From: Bryobacterales bacterium
GTDB lineage: Bacteria; Acidobacteriota; Terriglobia; Bryobacterales; Bryobacteraceae
Reading direction: 5' to 3'
Assembly (NCBI GenBank): GCA_043745195.1
Contig: JAYTTF010000188.1
Coordinates: 37,316 to 101,315, forward strand
DNA length: 64,000 bases
Made by a program: the position numbers and the translations under genes. The notes under the pieces are model-generated. The model had not been told where the DNA came from. It did not search any database and saw only the letters and a program-made list of their open reading frames with translations. Within the stretch, counting starts at the first letter, position 1; each line of letters opens with the position of its first letter. Shown piece by piece: positions 9,070 to 18,591 of this stretch.

Positions 9070-12000
9070 TGCGCAAACTCATATTTTCACTTTTGATTTG
9101 GACCGGAAATGCGGCGGCGCAGGACCTGTTGCGGCAATCGATTGACACGATGGCCCGTAAGAGTGAAGGCTGCCAGGCGGCGAAGTGCCATGTGGGTACT
9201 GAGCCAATGCACGCTTCTCCGGCGGTGCATTTGGGCTGTACGGATTGTCATGGCGGCAATGCAACGGCTGTGGATAAAAAGCAAGCGCACGTGGCCTCCA
9301 AACTTAGTAGAGACCAATCGACGGCGAACCCTGTGCGGTCTTACGCGTTGCTAAATAAAGAATCGGCGGAATATATTCGCTTTGTGAATCCAGGGGATTT
9401 GCGAGTGGCGGAGGAAAGCTGTGGTTCCGTGGGTTGCCATGCTCCGACGGTTTATAAAGTACAGCGAAGCATGATGACGCACGGGGCGTTTCTGTGGGGG
9501 GCGGCGTTGTATAATAACGGCGGATCGCCAGTGAAGAATTCTGTGTTTGGGGAAAGCTACGATTCACACGGCATAGCGCGAAAACTGATGACAACCCCTG
9601 CACCCAGCCTGGAAGATACGAAATGGAAAGGCGTGCTGGCTATGTTGTTACCACTTCCTAATTATGAAGCAGCGCAACCGGCCAACACATTGCGCGTATT
9701 TGAACGGGGCGAGGATCGGTTGAGCAATCGAGGCTTTGGAACTTTGACGCGCACTGATCCGGTTGTGCAGGGTCTGCAACGCACACGTTTGTTGGATCCG
9801 CTACTTTCGTTTTCAGGGACGAATGATCAGGCTGGGGATTACCGCGGCTCTGGCTGCACGGGTTGCCATGTGGTTTATGCGAACGACAGGGATCCGGCGC
9901 ATTCCGGCCCTTATGCGAAGAACGGCCATAGTGGAATGAGCTTCACCAACGATCCAACAATTCCGAAGAATGAATCGGGCCATCCCATTCAACACCGGCT
10001 AACCAGAACGATCCCTTCCAGCCAGTGTACGGTTTGCCATATGCATCCAGGAACTTCGTTCGCGTTTCAATATTTGGGTTACATGTGGTGGGACAACGAA
10101 ACCGATGGGGAACACATGTATCCGGACAAGACCAAGCAGTGGAAACCGGAAGACGTTGCGCGATCGCTGGCAAGGAATCCGGAAGCGTCGTCATTGAAAG
10201 GTAAGTGGTCTGATCCGAAATTTCTGGCGAGCCTGACTGATTTGAATCCGAAGTTGAAGCAGACGCAGTTTGCTGATTTCAATGGTCATGGTTGGGTGTA
10301 CCGTGCGGTTTATAAACACGACAAAAAGGGCACCTGGTTGGATAAAGAGGATCAACCGATTACGTTCAACGATCCTGAAAAATTCAAGAAAGCAGTTCAT
10401 TTGAAAGATATCCACCTTGAAAAAGGGATGCATTGTGTGGATTGCCATTTTGAACAGGACAGCCATGGAAACGGCAATTTATATGCTGAGCCGCGGGCTG
10501 CGGTGGAAATTGAATGTGTGGATTGCCATGGGTCGCTGACCAAATATGCGTCGTTGAAAACGTCGGGACCAGCAGCGCCGACACCTCCTCATGATTTGTC
10601 GATTTTGCGAACACCGTTTGGGGAAAGGCGATTTGAATGGCTGGCTGGGAAGTTGATTCAGCGGTCGATGGTTGAAGAGGGGAAGAACTGGAATCTTTCG
10701 CAGGTGAAGGATTCGGTGGTGCCTGGAAGTTGGAACTATAACGAGAAGGCTCGTTTAGCGAAGACAATGCAGAAGGATGGCAAGACTTGGGGATCGTCTA
10801 AGGCGGCGGATATGCTGGCGCACAGCGATGAAAAAATGTCCTGCTATGCTTGCCACACTTCGTGGATGACCAGTTGTTTTGGCTGCCATCTATCGATGAA
10901 GGCTAACGCCAACCGGCCTTCGCTGCACAATGAGGGCGACCCGAATACGCGCAACTTCACCACTTACAATTTTCAGGTGCTGCGCGACGATGTGTTTATG
11001 TTGGGGCTGGATAGCACGGTGAAGAAGAATAAGATTGCACCTGTGCGGTCTTCGAGTGCAGTGCTGGTGGGTTCGCAGAACGCGAATCGGGAATGGCTTT
11101 ATTCGCAACAGCAGACGGTTTCAACCGAAGGGTATAGCGGGCAGGCGTTTAACCCGCACTTCCCGCATACGGTGAGGACTCGCGAATCGAGAACATGCAC
11201 GGATTGCCATGCTTCGAAGGACGGCGACAACAATGCATGGATGGCGCAACTGCTATTGCAAGGCACAAACTTTGTGAATTTCCTGGGTCGCTATGTATGG
11301 GTTGGGGAAGGCAAGCACGGGTTTGAAGGTGTGGTGGTAACGGAGCGAGATGAGCCGCAGGCAGTGATCGGCAGCAACTTGCACAAGTTGGCGTATCCGG
11401 AGAATTTCGCGGCGCATCAAAAATCGAAGCAGGAGTTGAAGGAAGCGTACGAACATCATGGAGACGTGGTGAGTATTCAGATGCGCGGCGAATATGTTTA
11501 TACAGCCAAGGGACATGAAGGAGTTGAAATTTACGACATTGCCAACATTGACAACAAGGCTTTTGCGGAACGCATTACAAGTGCCCCTGTTTCTCCGCTA
11601 GGGCAGAAATTTTCTGTGAAGACGAAAGATGCGCGATGGATTGCTTCGCCTTCGACACTGGCGATTGATCCGGCGCGCCGCAGGCTTGCTGAAAATGAGG
11701 AGCAGCCGATTCATATGCTGTACGCCTATCTATACGTGGCGGATGCAGAAGAAGGATTGATCCTGATTAACGCGGCCACGCTACTGGATGGGGATCCACG
11801 CAACAACTTTATTAAACGTGAAGTGACGTTCAACCCTGGTGGTGCATTGAAAGGTGCGCGGCACGTTGTGATTGCCGGGAACTATGCGTACGTAAGCTGC
11901 GATAAGGGATTGGTGATTGTGGATATCGACAAGCCTGGGACTCCTCGGATTGTGGGCACGCTGCCACTGGAAGGTGCAGGCAATGCGGCCATCCAATTCC

Positions 12001-12602
12001 GGTACGCGTTTGTGTGTACGAAGAAGGGATTGGAAGTTGTGGACATCACTGACGTGGCTACTCCGCAAGCTGTGGCTGTTGTGCCAATGAAAGAGGCGAA
12101 GGATGTTTACCTTGCCAGAACCTACGCTTATGTGGCGGCGGGGCATGAAGGGTTGGCAATCATCGACATTGAGAAAGTGGAAAAGCCGGGAGCGCCGCGA
12201 TACTTCAATGCTGGTGGTGCAATGAACGATGTCCATGCAGTGAAAGTTGGGATGACGAATGCAAGCTTGTTTGCTTATGTCGCCGATGGGAAGAATGGAT
12301 TACGGGTGTTGCAGTTGATGTCGCCCGACCGGTCAGCGGATTTGTGGGGATTTTCGCCGAAGCCTGAAGCACAGTTAATTGCAACGTTTAAGACTAAGGG
12401 TGAAGCGCTGGCTTTATCGAAGGGGCTTGACCGCGACCGTGCAGTGGACGAGAGTGGGAATCAGGTGGCGGTGTTTGGACGGCGCGGTTCGCGACCGTTC
12501 AACCTGGAAGAAATGCGCAAGCTTTATATTCGCAATGGGCAATTGTATACGGTGATTAACGGAGCGCCTGGACCGCCGGTTAGTGAAGGCGGTGCCAAAT
12601 GA
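9066..12602 (+). CDS. Secreted decahaem c-type cytochrome fused to a C-terminal LVIVD-repeat beta-propeller
   Basis: 1178 aa. The likely true ATG is at 9069, overlapping the upstream TGA (TGATG). Signal peptide ...WTGNAAAQ. Eight CXXCH motifs (CTDCH, CTGCH, CTVCH, CVDCH x2, CYACH, CFGCH, CTDCH) plus two CX4CH (CQAAKCH, CGSVGCH). Six LVIVD-type repeats in the last ~400 aa (GVEIYDI, GLILINA, GLVIVDI, GLEVVDI, GLAIIDI, GLRVLQL). Confidence 0.85.
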   Translation: MMRKLIFSLLIWTGNAAAQDLLRQSIDTMARKSEGCQAAKCHVGTEPMHASPAVHLGCTDCHGGNATAVDKKQAHVASKLSRDQSTANPVRSYALLNKESAEYIRFVNPGDLRVAEESCGSVGCHAPTVYKVQRSMMTHGAFLWGAALYNNGGSPVKNSVFGESYDSHGIARKLMTTPAPSLEDTKWKGVLAMLLPLPNYEAAQPANTLRVFERGEDRLSNRGFGTLTRTDPVVQGLQRTRLLDPLLSFSGTNDQAGDYRGSGCTGCHVVYANDRDPAHSGPYAKNGHSGMSFTNDPTIPKNESGHPIQHRLTRTIPSSQCTVCHMHPGTSFAFQYLGYMWWDNETDGEHMYPDKTKQWKPEDVARSLARNPEASSLKGKWSDPKFLASLTDLNPKLKQTQFADFNGHGWVYRAVYKHDKKGTWLDKEDQPITFNDPEKFKKAVHLKDIHLEKGMHCVDCHFEQDSHGNGNLYAEPRAAVEIECVDCHGSLTKYASLKTSGPAAPTPPHDLSILRTPFGERRFEWLAGKLIQRSMVEEGKNWNLSQVKDSVVPGSWNYNEKARLAKTMQKDGKTWGSSKAADMLAHSDEKMSCYACHTSWMTSCFGCHLSMKANANRPSLHNEGDPNTRNFTTYNFQVLRDDVFMLGLDSTVKKNKIAPVRSSSAVLVGSQNANREWLYSQQQTVSTEGYSGQAFNPHFPHTVRTRESRTCTDCHASKDGDNNAWMAQLLLQGTNFVNFLGRYVWVGEGKHGFEGVVVTERDEPQAVIGSNLHKLAYPENFAAHQKSKQELKEAYEHHGDVVSIQMRGEYVYTAKGHEGVEIYDIANIDNKAFAERITSAPVSPLGQKFSVKTKDARWIASPSTLAIDPARRRLAENEEQPIHMLYAYLYVADAEEGLILINAATLLDGDPRNNFIKREVTFNPGGALKGARHVVIAGNYAYVSCDKGLVIVDIDKPGTPRIVGTLPLEGAGNAAIQFRYAFVCTKKGLEVVDITDVATPQAVAVVPMKEAKDVYLARTYAYVAAGHEGLAIIDIEKVEKPGAPRYFNAGGAMNDVHAVKVGMTNASLFAYVADGKNGLRVLQLMSPDRSADLWGFSPKPEAQLIATFKTKGEALALSKGLDRDRAVDESGNQVAVFGRRGSRPFNLEEMRKLYIRNGQLYTVINGAPGPPVSEGGAK

Positions 12603-14302
12603 GAAGTGTTGTTCTGATGGCTTTGTTCGCTTCCTTTGTTTTCGCACAGCCGGTGCTGCGAACGGAAATGCGCAATGGTATTGAGCGGGCTTCCTTGCTG
12701 CATGCCAAGAGCGGTGAGCCAGTGACAGATGACGCGCCCGCGTTGCCAGGCGAGACATTGATTCTTGAAGGCGAAGGGTTGGTGGAAGGGCTTACTGTTC
12801 TTGTGGGGGATGCCGCAGTGGCAGTGGTCTTGATGGATGGCGAACACGTTTCCTTTGATCTTCCCGGCGACGTGAGTGGGAGTTTTGTAGAGGTATCGCT
12901 GCAATCGGAAGATGGTCGAAGCAATGTGGCGACGACCACTATCAGTGGTCCGGCCGACCCTGTGCAACTGAGCGGCCTTGAAGTTACCCAGCTAGTAATT
13001 TCGGCGCTGGGAGCGGTAGATGCGCCGGGTCTTGCGGTTGCGGTTGTGGATCGCGCCGGCAATCCATTAGCAATTGACGGCAGAGAACCAACGACAGAGG
13101 CAATCGAAACGGCTTTATCCTTAGCGCGTACGGGTGCTTTCTTCAGCCATAACGAAGCTCCGCTTTCATCGCGCACTGTGCGATTTATCAGCACCGAACA
13201 TTTTCCTGAAGGAATTCCCAACCAACCAGCAGCGGCATTATTTGGTATAGAGAATACCAACCGCGGGTGCACACTATCGAACGACTATTTGCCAAATAAA
13301 GCGGTTCCGCCCGCTCTCAATTCTTCGGGAACCGGACCTGGAAAGGGCATCAGTACAATACCGGGTGGCATTCCACTTTACCGGAACGGACTAACCCTCA
13401 TAGGCGGAATTGGCGTTGCTGGTGTTCCACCTGACGTTGCGGAATTCGCTGTGGTGGCTGCGACCTTTAGCACTCCTTTCTTTCGTCAGTTGCCACTACC
13501 ATCACCAGGAGCTGTGTATATTGATGGCTTCCGGTTGCCGTTCGTAAATCAGACAACCAGGCCCCCAGGAACCAAACCATTCACAGGTTCTTCCTTTACA
13601 AGATTGTTCAACGCCGGTCGTGCGGCTCCTGAAGGCTGGCTGGTTGGGCCGAAGGCTTCGGCCAGTATGACTGCTGAGGAAGTACGAAGCATCATTGATC
13701 GTGCGGTGGCGCGGGCCAATGTTACTCGTGCGCAAATTCGATTGCCGCTGGGGCGTAGAACAAAAATGGTTATCTCTATCGCCGACTTGGACGGAAACAT
13801 TTTAGGGCTTTTCCGTATGCCTGATGCTACGGTGTTTTCTATTGATGTGGCGGCGACTAAGGCTCGGAACGTGGTCTACTTTTCCGGCACGACACTGAAT
13901 GTGGTGGACCTCCCTGGAGTCACCGCCGGAACTGCTGTCACTAACCGGACCATCGGCTTTGGATCGCAGAGCTTTTTTCCTTCGGGTATTTCGAACGCAC
14001 CCCCCGGACCCTTCCGTGAATTGTATCTGTTCGATTCCGCTAACCCTTGCACGCAAGGCCGGCAAGTGAAGAACGCAAATCAATCGGGGATCGTATTCTT
14101 CCCTGGCTCGTCGCCTCTTTATAAGAGTGGGAAATTGGTGGGTGGCCTTGGCGTTTCCGGTGATGGAGTGGAGCAGGACGACTACGTCACAGCGGGCGGT
14201 GCAGCAGGGTTTGAAGCCCCTGAAACCACGCGCGCGGATCAGTTTTTTATCCGGCAGGTTCGTCTGCCTTATTGGAAATTCCCTCGAAATCCGGAGCAGT
14301 AA
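12599..14302 (+). CDS. Secreted protein with an Ig/IPT-like N-terminus and two GlcG/HbpS-like (DUF336) putative haem-binding domains
   Basis: 567 aa. Signal peptide [18 protein letters not shown]. Two DUF336 signatures: [33 protein letters not shown] and [38 protein letters not shown] overlap with the upstream gene. Confidence 0.75.
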   Translation: MRSVVLMALFASFVFAQPVLRTEMRNGIERASLLHAKSGEPVTDDAPALPGETLILEGEGLVEGLTVLVGDAAVAVVLMDGEHVSFDLPGDVSGSFVEVSLQSEDGRSNVATTTISGPADPVQLSGLEVTQLVISALGAVDAPGLAVAVVDRAGNPLAIDGREPTTEAIETALSLARTGAFFSHNEAPLSSRTVRFISTEHFPEGIPNQPAAALFGIENTNRGCTLSNDYLPNKAVPPALNSSGTGPGKGISTIPGGIPLYRNGLTLIGGIGVAGVPPDVAEFAVVAATFSTPFFRQLPLPSPGAVYIDGFRLPFVNQTTRPPGTKPFTGSSFTRLFNAGRAAPEGWLVGPKASASMTAEEVRSIIDRAVARANVTRAQIRLPLGRRTKMVISIADLDGNILGLFRMPDATVFSIDVAATKARNVVYFSGTTLNVVDLPGVTAGTAVTNRTIGFGSQSFFPSGISNAPPGPFRELYLFDSANPCTQGRQVKNANQSGIVFFPGSSPLYKSGKLVGGLGVSGDGVEQDDYVTAGGAAGFEAPETTRADQFFIRQVRLPYWKFPRNPEQ

Positions 14303-16375
14303 ATGTTCAAACAAGCAGTATTCTCCCTGGCAGTATCCGCCGTGCTGGTGGCGCAACAAACTCCTAAGCCGAAGGAGCGAGATTTGGAAATTGTTAGTAC
14401 GGTGAAGCCTGCGTCCGTGCAGAAGTCCGTTGCAATTCCGCATAGCTACGCCTTGGTCATCGGCGTTGGCAAGTATCCATATTTGAGAAAAGATCAGCAG
14501 TTGCCTTTTGCTGAACCCGATGCCGAATCGATGTTCAACATTCTGATTAGCCGTGAAGGCGGCAATTTCAAATTTGAAAATGTACATAGGTTGATTGGTG
14601 CAGATGCCAGTCTTGCAAACATCCGCAAAGAACTGGAAGTGTGGTTGCCGTCAGTAGCCCAGGATGGGGATCGAGTGCTGGTCTACTTTGCGGGGCACGG
14701 ATTTGTGGCGGATGGAAAAGGCTTTCTGGCTCCGGCTGATGTTCGGCCAAGCGACCTTAAGAAGACTGGTTATCCAATGGATCAGTTGGGTTCCGTGTTC
14801 GCAGGCCGGATTAAGGGAAAGTGGAAAGTGCTGTTGACGGATAGCTGTCATAGCGGAGCGATTACGCCCTCGGAGATTGGTGCCATCAACAAGAGCATGA
14901 TTGATCTGGACAAATCTCTGTTCGTGATGACTGCGAGCCGCGACCGCGAAGTTGCCAATGAAAGTGCCGATTTCGGCGGCGGGCATGGAGTGTTCACTTA
15001 CTTTGTGGAACGTGGCATGGGTGGTGCGGCTGATGAAAATGGCGATGGCATTGTGACTGCGGATGAACTGGCCGAATACGTCAGGACGAACGTACGCAAA
15101 GCTACCGGGGGCAAGCAGAATCCAACCAGTGATAAAGGAAGTTTCGATCCGAACATGCTGCTGGCCTACGTCCCAGCACTGGTGAAGCCGGACGCACCAC
15201 CAGCACCCAAGCAAGGCACTATGGTGCTTGAGACGAACATGGATGACGTGGAAGTTTTTGTGGACGGGCAATCGGTTGGTGTTTTGAAAAAAGGAACGGC
15301 GTTACGATTGCCTGGCTTGAAACCTGGACCACATACGGTGCGTGGAGTGAAGATGGGTTACGCCGATGATGGTCCTCGAGAGGAGACTATTTACCCAGGG
15401 CTTGAAAGCACGGTGACGGTGCGCATCCAATTCCGGAAGCAGCCGAAGAAGGCAGCGGTTGAGGAACTGGATCGGGGATTGAAATATTACCGCGACGGGG
15501 GCGAGAACAATTATAAGAAGGCGGCGGAATCTTTCAGCAACTCGTTGAAGCTGGATTCTGAATATAGCCAAGCGGCGCTGTATCTGGGCTTGGCACGCAA
15601 CGCACTGTTCGACAACGAAGGCGCAGAAACAGCGTTCAAGAAAGCCATTGCTCTGCAACCGGACTATCTTGCTGCACGCTTAGGGTATGCGGGAATGCTA
15701 TTCGATATCGGCAATATGGATGAATCGGTGAACCAGTTGCGCGCGGTGCTGCAGCGTGACAAAGACTCCGGAGAGGCTTACTACAAACTTTCCAGAGCCT
15801 ACCGAATGAAGCAGGATTTTGAGCAGGCAATGGTGGCCGCGCAAAAAGCGGTTCAGTTGTTGCCGGCGAAGGCGGAACCTCATTTCTATCTGGCTGAGAG
15901 TTTGCGGTTCAAGCAGCGTTGGGATGAGAGCAAGAAAGAGTATTTGGAATATTTGCGAATGAGCGATTTTGATAGTAAATTGGCGGGGAAACTGGATTTT
16001 TACGTCAAGGGTTTTCTAATTGGTGGTGGAAAGAAGCGACGCCCTTCGCAGGACGACATCTGGCGTGAAATGCGTAGCGGTGCTTACTTCGGAATTTGCG
16101 AATCGGACCAGAAGATGAAACGCTTTGACGAAGCTATTTCTAATTGTCAGAAAGCAATCCGGTACGATCCAAAAGATCCGTTCACAAATCAGAAGTTGGG
16201 GATCACATACGCGAGGAAATACGAACAATCGGTTCAGTTGGAAGACCTTGCTTCGGCTTCAAAGTATTTGAAGGCGATGATTCAATTTGGGCCTGATTTG
16301 GAAGATGCGAAAAATGCCCGGACCATGATTGCGAGTTTTGATCAAGCGCTGCAGCAAGCAGCGGCTGCCAAATAG
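14303..16375 (+). CDS. Periplasmic/secreted caspase-like (peptidase C14) protein with PEGA domain and C-terminal TPR repeats
   Basis: 690 aa. Signal peptide MFKQAVFSLAVSAVLVAQQ. His-Cys dyad contexts YFAGHGFV and LLTDSCHSGA. PEGA-like segment VEVFVDGQSVGV...GPHTVRGVKMGY. Several TPR units follow (e.g. AALYLGLARNALFDNEGAETAFKKAIALQPDY). The ATG directly follows the upstream TAA. Confidence 0.85.
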   Translation: MFKQAVFSLAVSAVLVAQQTPKPKERDLEIVSTVKPASVQKSVAIPHSYALVIGVGKYPYLRKDQQLPFAEPDAESMFNILISREGGNFKFENVHRLIGADASLANIRKELEVWLPSVAQDGDRVLVYFAGHGFVADGKGFLAPADVRPSDLKKTGYPMDQLGSVFAGRIKGKWKVLLTDSCHSGAITPSEIGAINKSMIDLDKSLFVMTASRDREVANESADFGGGHGVFTYFVERGMGGAADENGDGIVTADELAEYVRTNVRKATGGKQNPTSDKGSFDPNMLLAYVPALVKPDAPPAPKQGTMVLETNMDDVEVFVDGQSVGVLKKGTALRLPGLKPGPHTVRGVKMGYADDGPREETIYPGLESTVTVRIQFRKQPKKAAVEELDRGLKYYRDGGENNYKKAAESFSNSLKLDSEYSQAALYLGLARNALFDNEGAETAFKKAIALQPDYLAARLGYAGMLFDIGNMDESVNQLRAVLQRDKDSGEAYYKLSRAYRMKQDFEQAMVAAQKAVQLLPAKAEPHFYLAESLRFKQRWDESKKEYLEYLRMSDFDSKLAGKLDFYVKGFLIGGGKKRRPSQDDIWREMRSGAYFGICESDQKMKRFDEAISNCQKAIRYDPKDPFTNQKLGITYARKYEQSVQLEDLASASKYLKAMIQFGPDLEDAKNARTMIASFDQALQQAAAAK

Positions 16376-16404
16376 AAATAGTATGTGATACGCTCTCGTA
16401 TATC

Positions 16405-17742
16405 ATGGCTTTTGTATCAAGTTTTCCTCTTTTTGTCGTTGTGATTTCACCTCTTGCTTTACCTGCTGTAATCCCAACCTTCTCAAAAGACGTTGCGCCG
16501 CTGTTCTACAAACATTGCGCCGGTTGTCATAGGCCGAATGACATTGCGCCCATGTCGTTGCTGGATTATAAGACAGCACGTCCCTGGGCGAAGTCGATCA
16601 AGCAAGCCGTGGCAAGCCGGAAAATGCCGCCGTGGTTTGCGGATGCGAAGTTTGGACACTTTTCTAATGACCCCAGCTTGACCGCAAATGAAATCCAAAC
16701 CATCACCGCGTGGGCGGATGCTGGTGCGCCGGAAGGAGACCCTGCAGTATTGCCGGCGCGTCCAAAATTCGTCGAAGGCTGGCAGTTGGGTAAGCCTGAC
16801 TTGATCGTCGATATGGGCGAGGATCACCAGATCAAAATGGGCGAGGATGCTTATGAGCACTTCACGGTGAATACGAACTTCAAGGAAGGAAAGTGGATTC
16901 GTGCGGCAGAGATAAAACCAGGCAATCGTCAAGTGGTGCATCATGTTCATGTCTTGTTGGTACAGGACGATTTGAAATTGATGGAAGTGGCGTCTACAAC
17001 GAATTCGCCGGCTCTTTCAAAGTATCTGGTGAAGGAAGACAAGCTGACGCGGATTCGTGCGGATGCTCCGGTTGTGAACGATGCTTGCGCAGCCAATTTG
17101 CCGAACTTGCCGTTTCTTACAGGCTCGCAGGAAGGCGCCTTGGCATCGTTTCTGCCAGGCCGTCCACCTGATACATTTCCAGCAGGAACGGCAAAATGGA
17201 TTCCTGCAGGGTCGAAGCTTGAGTTCGTTGTGCACTACGCGCGAACCACAGGCAAGCCGCAAACGGATCGTACCAGCGTGGGATTCTATCTGGCAGATGG
17301 GCCGCCGGATCAAGTGATGCGGCGCATGGATCTGCGCAACTTCTTCCTCAGCATTCCTGCCGGTGAAAGCAATCACACGGTTCGGCGATGCTATGATTTC
17401 GATCAGGATAAACTGCTGCTTTCCTTCACTCCGCATATGCACTACCGAGCCAAGGATGCCACCTATGAATTGACGCGGCCTAATGGGAATTTGGAAGTTT
17501 TGCTGGCGGTGCCGCACTACGATTTCAATTGGCAGTTGGTTTATCGGCTGCAGAAGCCGGTGATGGTGGAAAAGGGCAGCCGCTTGATGGTGACGGTGCA
17601 TTATGACAATAGCGCCAACAACCGGGCAAATCCTGATCCAAAGCAGATTGTACGTTGGGGCGATAAGAGTGAAGAAGAGATGATGACCAGTTGGATTGAG
17701 TATCTGGATGCTCCTGCTGCGGTGGCGAAGAGTGGCAAATGA
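16405..17742 (+). CDS. Haem-c domain fused to a PHM/DBH-like (copper type II ascorbate-dependent monooxygenase-like) domain
   Basis: 445 aa. N-terminal hydrophobic signal/anchor. Single CAGCH motif in the context FSKDVAPLFYKHCAGCHRPNDIAPMSLLDY...RKMPPW. Downstream copper-ligand-like pattern VVHHVHV ... VVHYA ... TPHMHYRA ... EEEMMTSW, plus HYDFNWQ. Confidence 0.7.
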   Translation: MAFVSSFPLFVVVISPLALPAVIPTFSKDVAPLFYKHCAGCHRPNDIAPMSLLDYKTARPWAKSIKQAVASRKMPPWFADAKFGHFSNDPSLTANEIQTITAWADAGAPEGDPAVLPARPKFVEGWQLGKPDLIVDMGEDHQIKMGEDAYEHFTVNTNFKEGKWIRAAEIKPGNRQVVHHVHVLLVQDDLKLMEVASTTNSPALSKYLVKEDKLTRIRADAPVVNDACAANLPNLPFLTGSQEGALASFLPGRPPDTFPAGTAKWIPAGSKLEFVVHYARTTGKPQTDRTSVGFYLADGPPDQVMRRMDLRNFFLSIPAGESNHTVRRCYDFDQDKLLLSFTPHMHYRAKDATYELTRPNGNLEVLLAVPHYDFNWQLVYRLQKPVMVEKGSRLMVTVHYDNSANNRANPDPKQIVRWGDKSEEEMMTSWIEYLDAPAAVAKSGK

Positions 17743-18018
17743 ATGGAAGTGCCTTTTAGGATTTAGCTAACGATCTTAACGCTTGGACTTGTGCTTCTCG
17801 CGTGGCTTGCTCCAGAGAGTTACTTGCCGCTCGTTTTTGGAATTTGCAACAGTTTCGCTTAATTTCCGTGTTCTTTTTCCTGTACTATCAAGCGTTCCAG
17901 TGAAGATGCCCGCATTGCATCACGACGAAGTGAATTCTGTTTTGCAAAAAAATGTCATTAGCCGATGATCCCTTTTCCCTGCGGACTACGCATGTAAGGG
18001 TGAGGGGAAATCGGTAAA

Positions 18019-18396
18019 ATGATTCGGCAGTGTTTTCAACAAGTTGAGCAAAATCAGAGGAAGCGGGTGACCTTTATGGGTCTACTTGGGGGTGGCCTCT
18101 TCGGCTCAAAGCGGGACAAGCCGGAATTCCAGGAGGATGGCCTTCTAGTGCATGGTCGGCTAATCCAATGGGATCAAATTCACGCTTGGGACTGGGAGGA
18201 AGTCGGCAAGGCATTGGTTCTAGATCTAGAAGTCAATCGCAGTGCCAACTTCCCTAATCCTATAAGACTTCAGGTTCAGCCAGCGCAGCGTGACGCGGTG
18301 GAGACTTTGCTGGTGGACAGCATTGTAAGCGCTCGGTTTGCTGCAACCAGGAGTTTGATCGTCAACGCAAGATTGTGCGAATTGCCGGTATGCTAG
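18019..18396 (+). CDS. Hypothetical protein (start uncertain; alternative ATG at 18076)
   Basis: 125-aa ORF in an otherwise gene-free gap. No recognised motif. AGGAAG lies upstream of the internal ATG at 18076. Confidence 0.35.
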   Translation: MIRQCFQQVEQNQRKRVTFMGLLGGGLFGSKRDKPEFQEDGLLVHGRLIQWDQIHAWDWEEVGKALVLDLEVNRSANFPNPIRLQVQPAQRDAVETLLVDSIVSARFAATRSLIVNARLCELPVC

Positions 18397-18591
18397 TCCA
18401 ACAATTCGCGGCCTTTCTTATTGAGAGTTATTCAATTTTTTAAGGTTCTTGCATAACGGTTATCGGCTTCCTTGTCGTTGCGGCGGGCGAGGTCCAGAAG
18501 TACCGTTAATTCCTGAGCTTGCCGCTCCATGAATGCCTCTTTCAGAGAATCCATAAAGCATATACCAAGTACAATATGGCAAGGAGTCTTC

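Noticed and set aside
12580-15271. Long minus-strand ORFs (230, 261 and 206 aa) opposite the DUF336 and caspase genes
   Set aside because: Antisense shadows. The plus-strand products carry clear catalytic and domain motifs, and these ORFs do not.
17770-17960. Basic peptide frame on the minus strand ending ...WSKPREKHKSKR*
   Set aside because: No start codon in frame after the upstream stop, and no recognisable family.
18432-18554. 40-aa helical minus-strand ORF (MDSLKEAFMERQAQELTVLLDLARRNDKEADNRYARTLKN)
   Set aside because: No Shine-Dalgarno sequence and very short. It partly overlaps the leader of the S9 peptidase ORF. Evidence is insufficient.
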